From contig CDRNVI010000119.1 in assembly GCA_977017575.1 (NCBI GenBank), positions 1 through 23,003 on the forward strand: 23,003 nucleotides of DNA, given 5' to 3'. The position numbers and the translations under genes were made by a program. Below are positions 20,032 to 23,003 of this stretch, piece after piece. The notes beneath the pieces are model-generated. The model made no database searches. It was not told the DNA's origin and was given only the letters and a program-made list of their open reading frames with translations. The first letter of the stretch is position 1; each line of letters starts with the position of its first letter. This DNA is from Paramoeba atlantica. Its lineage: Eukaryota > Protista > Discosea.

Positions 20032-20467
20032 ATGTTATTAAAAAAAAATAGTAATAATTATGCTGTAAATTATATATTAAATTTACTAATTAAATATATT
20101 TCGCATATAAAAATAACAGATGAATTTATTAAAATTAAATTAGTATCAAAAGATTATTTAGGTTTTGTTTTAAATATTTTTAATAAGCATACTTTTTTAA
20201 GATATAAGGTAATAACTGATATTTGCTGTAGTGATTTTATTGATAGAGCTAAACGTTTTGAAATTGATTATAATTTATTAAGTATAGATTATAATTCTAG
20301 ATTAATTATTTCTGTATCTTGTGATAAATTAGATGTTATAAGATCTATTACTGATATTTATTTAGGTGCCGATTGGTTAGAACGTGAAGTTTGAGATATG
20401 TATGGTATTTTTTTCATGGGTCATAAAGATTTAAGACGTATATTAACCGATTATGGTTTTGAAGGTT
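20032..20467 (+). CDS. nad9: Mitochondrial NADH dehydrogenase subunit 9, 3'-truncated at the right junction
   Basis: [50 protein letters not shown]; the expected (H/Y)PLRKDFP does not follow. Confidence 0.95.
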
Positions 20468-20544
20468 ACCATTGGAAAATTACGGTACACCTTTTTTTGT
20501 GTGGATATTGTTTGTTTTTTGCTCAACTTGTTTTCCATCTTCAT
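20468..20544 (-). CDS. First ~26 codons of an iron-containing alcohol dehydrogenase family protein (KdnB-like), 3'-truncated at the junction
   Basis: ATG overlaps the HAD stop (TAATG). Translation [26 protein letters not shown]; YRNFPMV matches my recollection of the N-terminus of this Flavobacteriaceae family (YRNFPMVPRVVFG). Not database-checked. Confidence 0.55.
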
Positions 20545-21248
20545 TAATTATCCAAATACTTCAGAACATCCTTTAGGCTATTCAGTTTTAGGTGATTGTT
20601 CACCTGTTCGTCCTCATCAACAAGTTCGTGCACCCAAGTGGTGTGAAACGGGACATGAATAGCTTTTGCTCCAATGTTTACTATGGGCACCACATCTGAT
20701 TTCAAAGAATTCCCAATCATTAAAAACTCATTCACATTGATTTCCAAATGTTCTAGAAGGTTACTATAGTTACTTTCTTTTTTATCGCTCAAAACTTCTA
20801 CGTGGTGAAAATACTTAGAGATTCCAGATTTTTCAAGTTTGCGTTCCTGATCCAATAAATCGCCCTTAGTAAGCACTATTAGCCTATACTTATCCGTTAA
20901 TTTGTCCAAAACCTCCTCTACCCCATCCAACAACTCAACTGGATGCGATAGCATCCTTTTACCAAGCTCCAAAATTTCTGCTATCGTTTGCTGGGTAACC
21001 CTATTGTTGGATAGATCCAAAGCAGATTCTATCATGGAAAGTACAAAACCTTTTACACCATAGCCGTAAATTTCAAGGTTTTTCATTTCCATTTTAAAAA
21101 GTTCCTGATCCACTTTGTTCTTGGTCTCATAGGATTCCAAAAGTTCAGCAAAGCGTTCCTCGGTTTCCCGAAAATAGGTTTCATTTACCCAGAGGGTGTC
21201 ATCAGCATCAAAACCAATGACCTTTATGTCTTTAAAATCTATATCCAT
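20544..21248 (-). CDS. HAD superfamily hydrolase, 234 aa
   Basis: Motif I FDADDTLW, motif II LTKGD, motif [11 protein letters not shown]. Typical Bacteroidota HAD hydrolase. Confidence 0.9.
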   Translation of the reverse strand: MDIDFKDIKVIGFDADDTLWVNETYFRETEERFAELLESYETKNKVDQELFKMEMKNLEIYGYGVKGFVLSMIESALDLSNNRVTQQTIAEILELGKRMLSHPVELLDGVEEVLDKLTDKYRLIVLTKGDLLDQERKLEKSGISKYFHHVEVLSDKKESNYSNLLEHLEINVNEFLMIGNSLKSDVVPIVNIGAKAIHVPFHTTWVHELVDEDEQVNNHLKLNSLKDVLKYLDN

Positions 21249-21967
21249 GCTTTTTTAGCGCGTTCTAAGTCTTCGGGGGTGTCAATTTCTATGCCAGTCA
21301 CATGCGTTTCCACCATTTTTATTTTTTTCCCATATTCCAAAAAGCGAATGGCCTCAATTTTCTCTTTGGCTTCCAAAGGGAGCATGGGCAATCGCTGAAA
21401 ATCCAACAAAGCTCTTTTCCTAAAGGCATAGATACCTTTATGCTTGTAATAGGTTGCCTCCACTTGCTCATCTCTGGGATAGGGAATTGGGGATCTTGAA
21501 AAGTAAAGGGCAAAATCCTCATTATCCACAATGACTTTTACGGTGTTAGGATTGGAGATTTCATCCCAATCTGTTATGGGCGTCATCAAAGAGGCTAGAT
21601 CAATTTCCTTTTTATCATCTCGTTGGAAGACTTGGATTACTTTGGCCAAACTTTCCCGATCTATGAAGGGTTCATCGCCCTGGACGTTGATAACTATATC
21701 CACGTCCATTTCCTCTACCGCCTCGGCAATTCGGTCGCTACCACTTTCGTGTGTTTTTTTGCTCTTCATCACCTGCCCACCTATGTTGGTTATCGTTTCA
21801 AAAATGACATCGCTGTCTGTAACCACATAAACTTGATCAAACAAACCGGTTTCAACAGCTGCTTCATAGGTTCGTACAATAACTGGCTTTCCTTGAAGAT
21901 CCTGCATCAATTTAGCTGGAAATCTGGAGGCCTGGTACCGGGCCGGTATCATGGAAATAATCTTCAC
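21239..21967 (-). CDS. kdsB: 3-deoxy-manno-octulosonate cytidylyltransferase (CMP-Kdo synthetase)
   Basis: [65 protein letters not shown]. Confidence 0.96.
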   Translation of the reverse strand: MKIISMIPARYQASRFPAKLMQDLQGKPVIVRTYEAAVETGLFDQVYVVTDSDVIFETITNIGGQVMKSKKTHESGSDRIAEAVEEMDVDIVINVQGDEPFIDRESLAKVIQVFQRDDKKEIDLASLMTPITDWDEISNPNTVKVIVDNEDFALYFSRSPIPYPRDEQVEATYYKHKGIYAFRKRALLDFQRLPMLPLEAKEKIEAIRFLEYGKKIKMVETHVTGIEIDTPEDLERAKKAWI

Positions 21968-21991
21968 CTGATAGTTTTATGGTTACTTAAG

Positions 21992-22561
21992 TTACGTTTT
22001 GGGCCGCAGTTTGCGATAAATCCTAAAAATGACGACCAAAATAATGATTACTAAAATAGCGGCAATGGGTGGCACCAAAATAGAAGCCGTGGAAACAGCT
22101 ACAGCCGTTCCTGTCTCTATTGTGGATACCACGGGGTTTGCCATACCGCCCGTAGTTGCTGTTGAGGTTAATCTGCCTGCTGCGTTGGCTCCTTTAATGG
22201 CTGTGGCTGTTCCGCCTCCTGCTATTATGGCCAAGGACCAGGTTACCACAGGGTCTAGATTGGCGACTGTGGACACCACTACGGCCGTTCCGGCAATGGC
22301 GGCTAAAGGTACCGCCAAACTATCCAGGGCATTGTCTACCCATGGAATAAAGTAAGCGAAAATTTCTATCACCGTAGCCACTCCTAGTGTAATCAAGGCC
22401 GCAAAACTTCCTATCCATTGCCAGTTTTCATTGAGCTCCCAAACACCCAAAAAAGCAGCCAGACTGAGTGCAAATAGGGGTAGAAACACCCTAAAACCCA
22501 CAGAAGCGGCCAAGCCAATGCCTAAAAATATACTTATGATTGTGTCCGGTGTCATGCCCAT
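21992..22561 (-). CDS. DUF4126-family membrane protein (start may be 22555)
   Basis: GIGLAASVGFRVFLPL, EIFAYFIPWVDNALD, AIIAGGGTA, NPVVSTIE match the DUF4126 pattern; strongly hydrophobic. Confidence 0.8.
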   Translation of the reverse strand: MGMTPDTIISIFLGIGLAASVGFRVFLPLFALSLAAFLGVWELNENWQWIGSFAALITLGVATVIEIFAYFIPWVDNALDSLAVPLAAIAGTAVVVSTVANLDPVVTWSLAIIAGGGTATAIKGANAAGRLTSTATTGGMANPVVSTIETGTAVAVSTASILVPPIAAILVIIILVVIFRIYRKLRPKT

Positions 22562-22585
22562 GGCTTCGTCTAAAATATAATATTC

Positions 22586-23002
22586 CTACTCAAGAAAAAA
22601 ATCATCCTTAAAACCAATAAGAAATAGTTTTTTCTTGGCCCTAGTGACTGCAGTATACAACCACCTTAGATAATCTTTGCTAACACCATTTGGCAAATAG
22701 GGCTGTTCCACAAAAACATTGTTCCATTGCCCTCCTTGCGATTTATGGCAGGTAATGGCATAGGAAAACTTAACCTGCAGGGCATTAAAATACTTGTTGT
22801 TCTTAACGGCCAAGAATTTTTTGTACTTGGATTTCTCATGGGCATAATCCTTCAGAACCTCCTGATAGAGCCTGTTTCCATCTTCATAGGATAGAGAAGG
22901 AGTTTCTGCCTTTATGGTATCTAATAGCAAGACTGTTTCAAAAGGCCTCTGATTGGGATAATCCACCATTTTTACTTTGACCTCCGCAAAAGAAAATCCG
23001 TA
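22586..23002 (-). CDS. RecD-like superfamily 1 helicase / ATP-dependent exonuclease V alpha-type protein, C-terminal part, 5'-truncated by window edge
   Basis: Frame is open to the window edge (YGFSFAEVKVKMVDYP). FSYAITCHKSQGGQW (motif V) and WLYTAVTRAK (motif VI) of the UvrD_C_2 domain. Confidence 0.9.
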   Translation of the reverse strand, partial: YGFSFAEVKVKMVDYPNQRPFETVLLLDTIKAETPSLSYEDGNRLYQEVLKDYAHEKSKYKKFLAVKNNKYFNALQVKFSYAITCHKSQGGQWNNVFVEQPYLPNGVSKDYLRWLYTAVTRAKKKLFLIGFKDDFFLE

Positions 23003-23003
23003 T

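Noticed and set aside
20453-22355. Plus-strand track ORFs at 20453, 21302, 21319, 21531, 21623 and 22029
   Set aside because: Antisense shadows of well-supported minus-strand genes.

Overview
This window is not one continuous genome. It has three blocks joined without spacers. (A) 1-~1921 is bacterial: the end of a Gph/MupP-type HAD phosphatase plus two orphan low-complexity ORFs on the minus strand. (B) ~1922-~20467 is an ~18.5 kb, very AT-rich fragment of a protist mitochondrial genome with all genes on the + strand and TGA read as Trp: nad1 (3' part), nad4, nad2, rps2, rps4, atp1, cox2, cox3, cox1, atp9, rnl, rns, rps11, nad9 (5' part), 19 tRNAs, two divergent ORFs (rps19-like and rps8-like) and a candidate 5S rRNA. 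(C) ~20468-23003 is a minus-strand Flavobacteriaceae-type operon: RecD-like helicase (3' part), DUF4126 protein, kdsB, HAD hydrolase and the first 26 codons of an iron-containing alcohol dehydrogenase/KdnB-like gene. Both junctions cut genes on both sides, and the two bacterial flanks do not rejoin, so a chimeric or concatenated assembly is much more likely than a real mitochondrial insertion in a bacterium. The supplied ORF track used a code in which TGA is a stop, so it fragments or misses most mitochondrial genes. The strongest biological signal is that 14 of 19 tRNAs have mismatches at acceptor-stem positions 1-3, the signature of 5' tRNA editing known from Amoebozoa. I found no clearly new system; the main leads are the identity of the mitochondrion, the 5S candidate, a G6-T3-G6 plus hairpin element, recurrent +1 T frameshifts and a cox2 C-terminal extension. 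All translations and base-pairings were done by eye.
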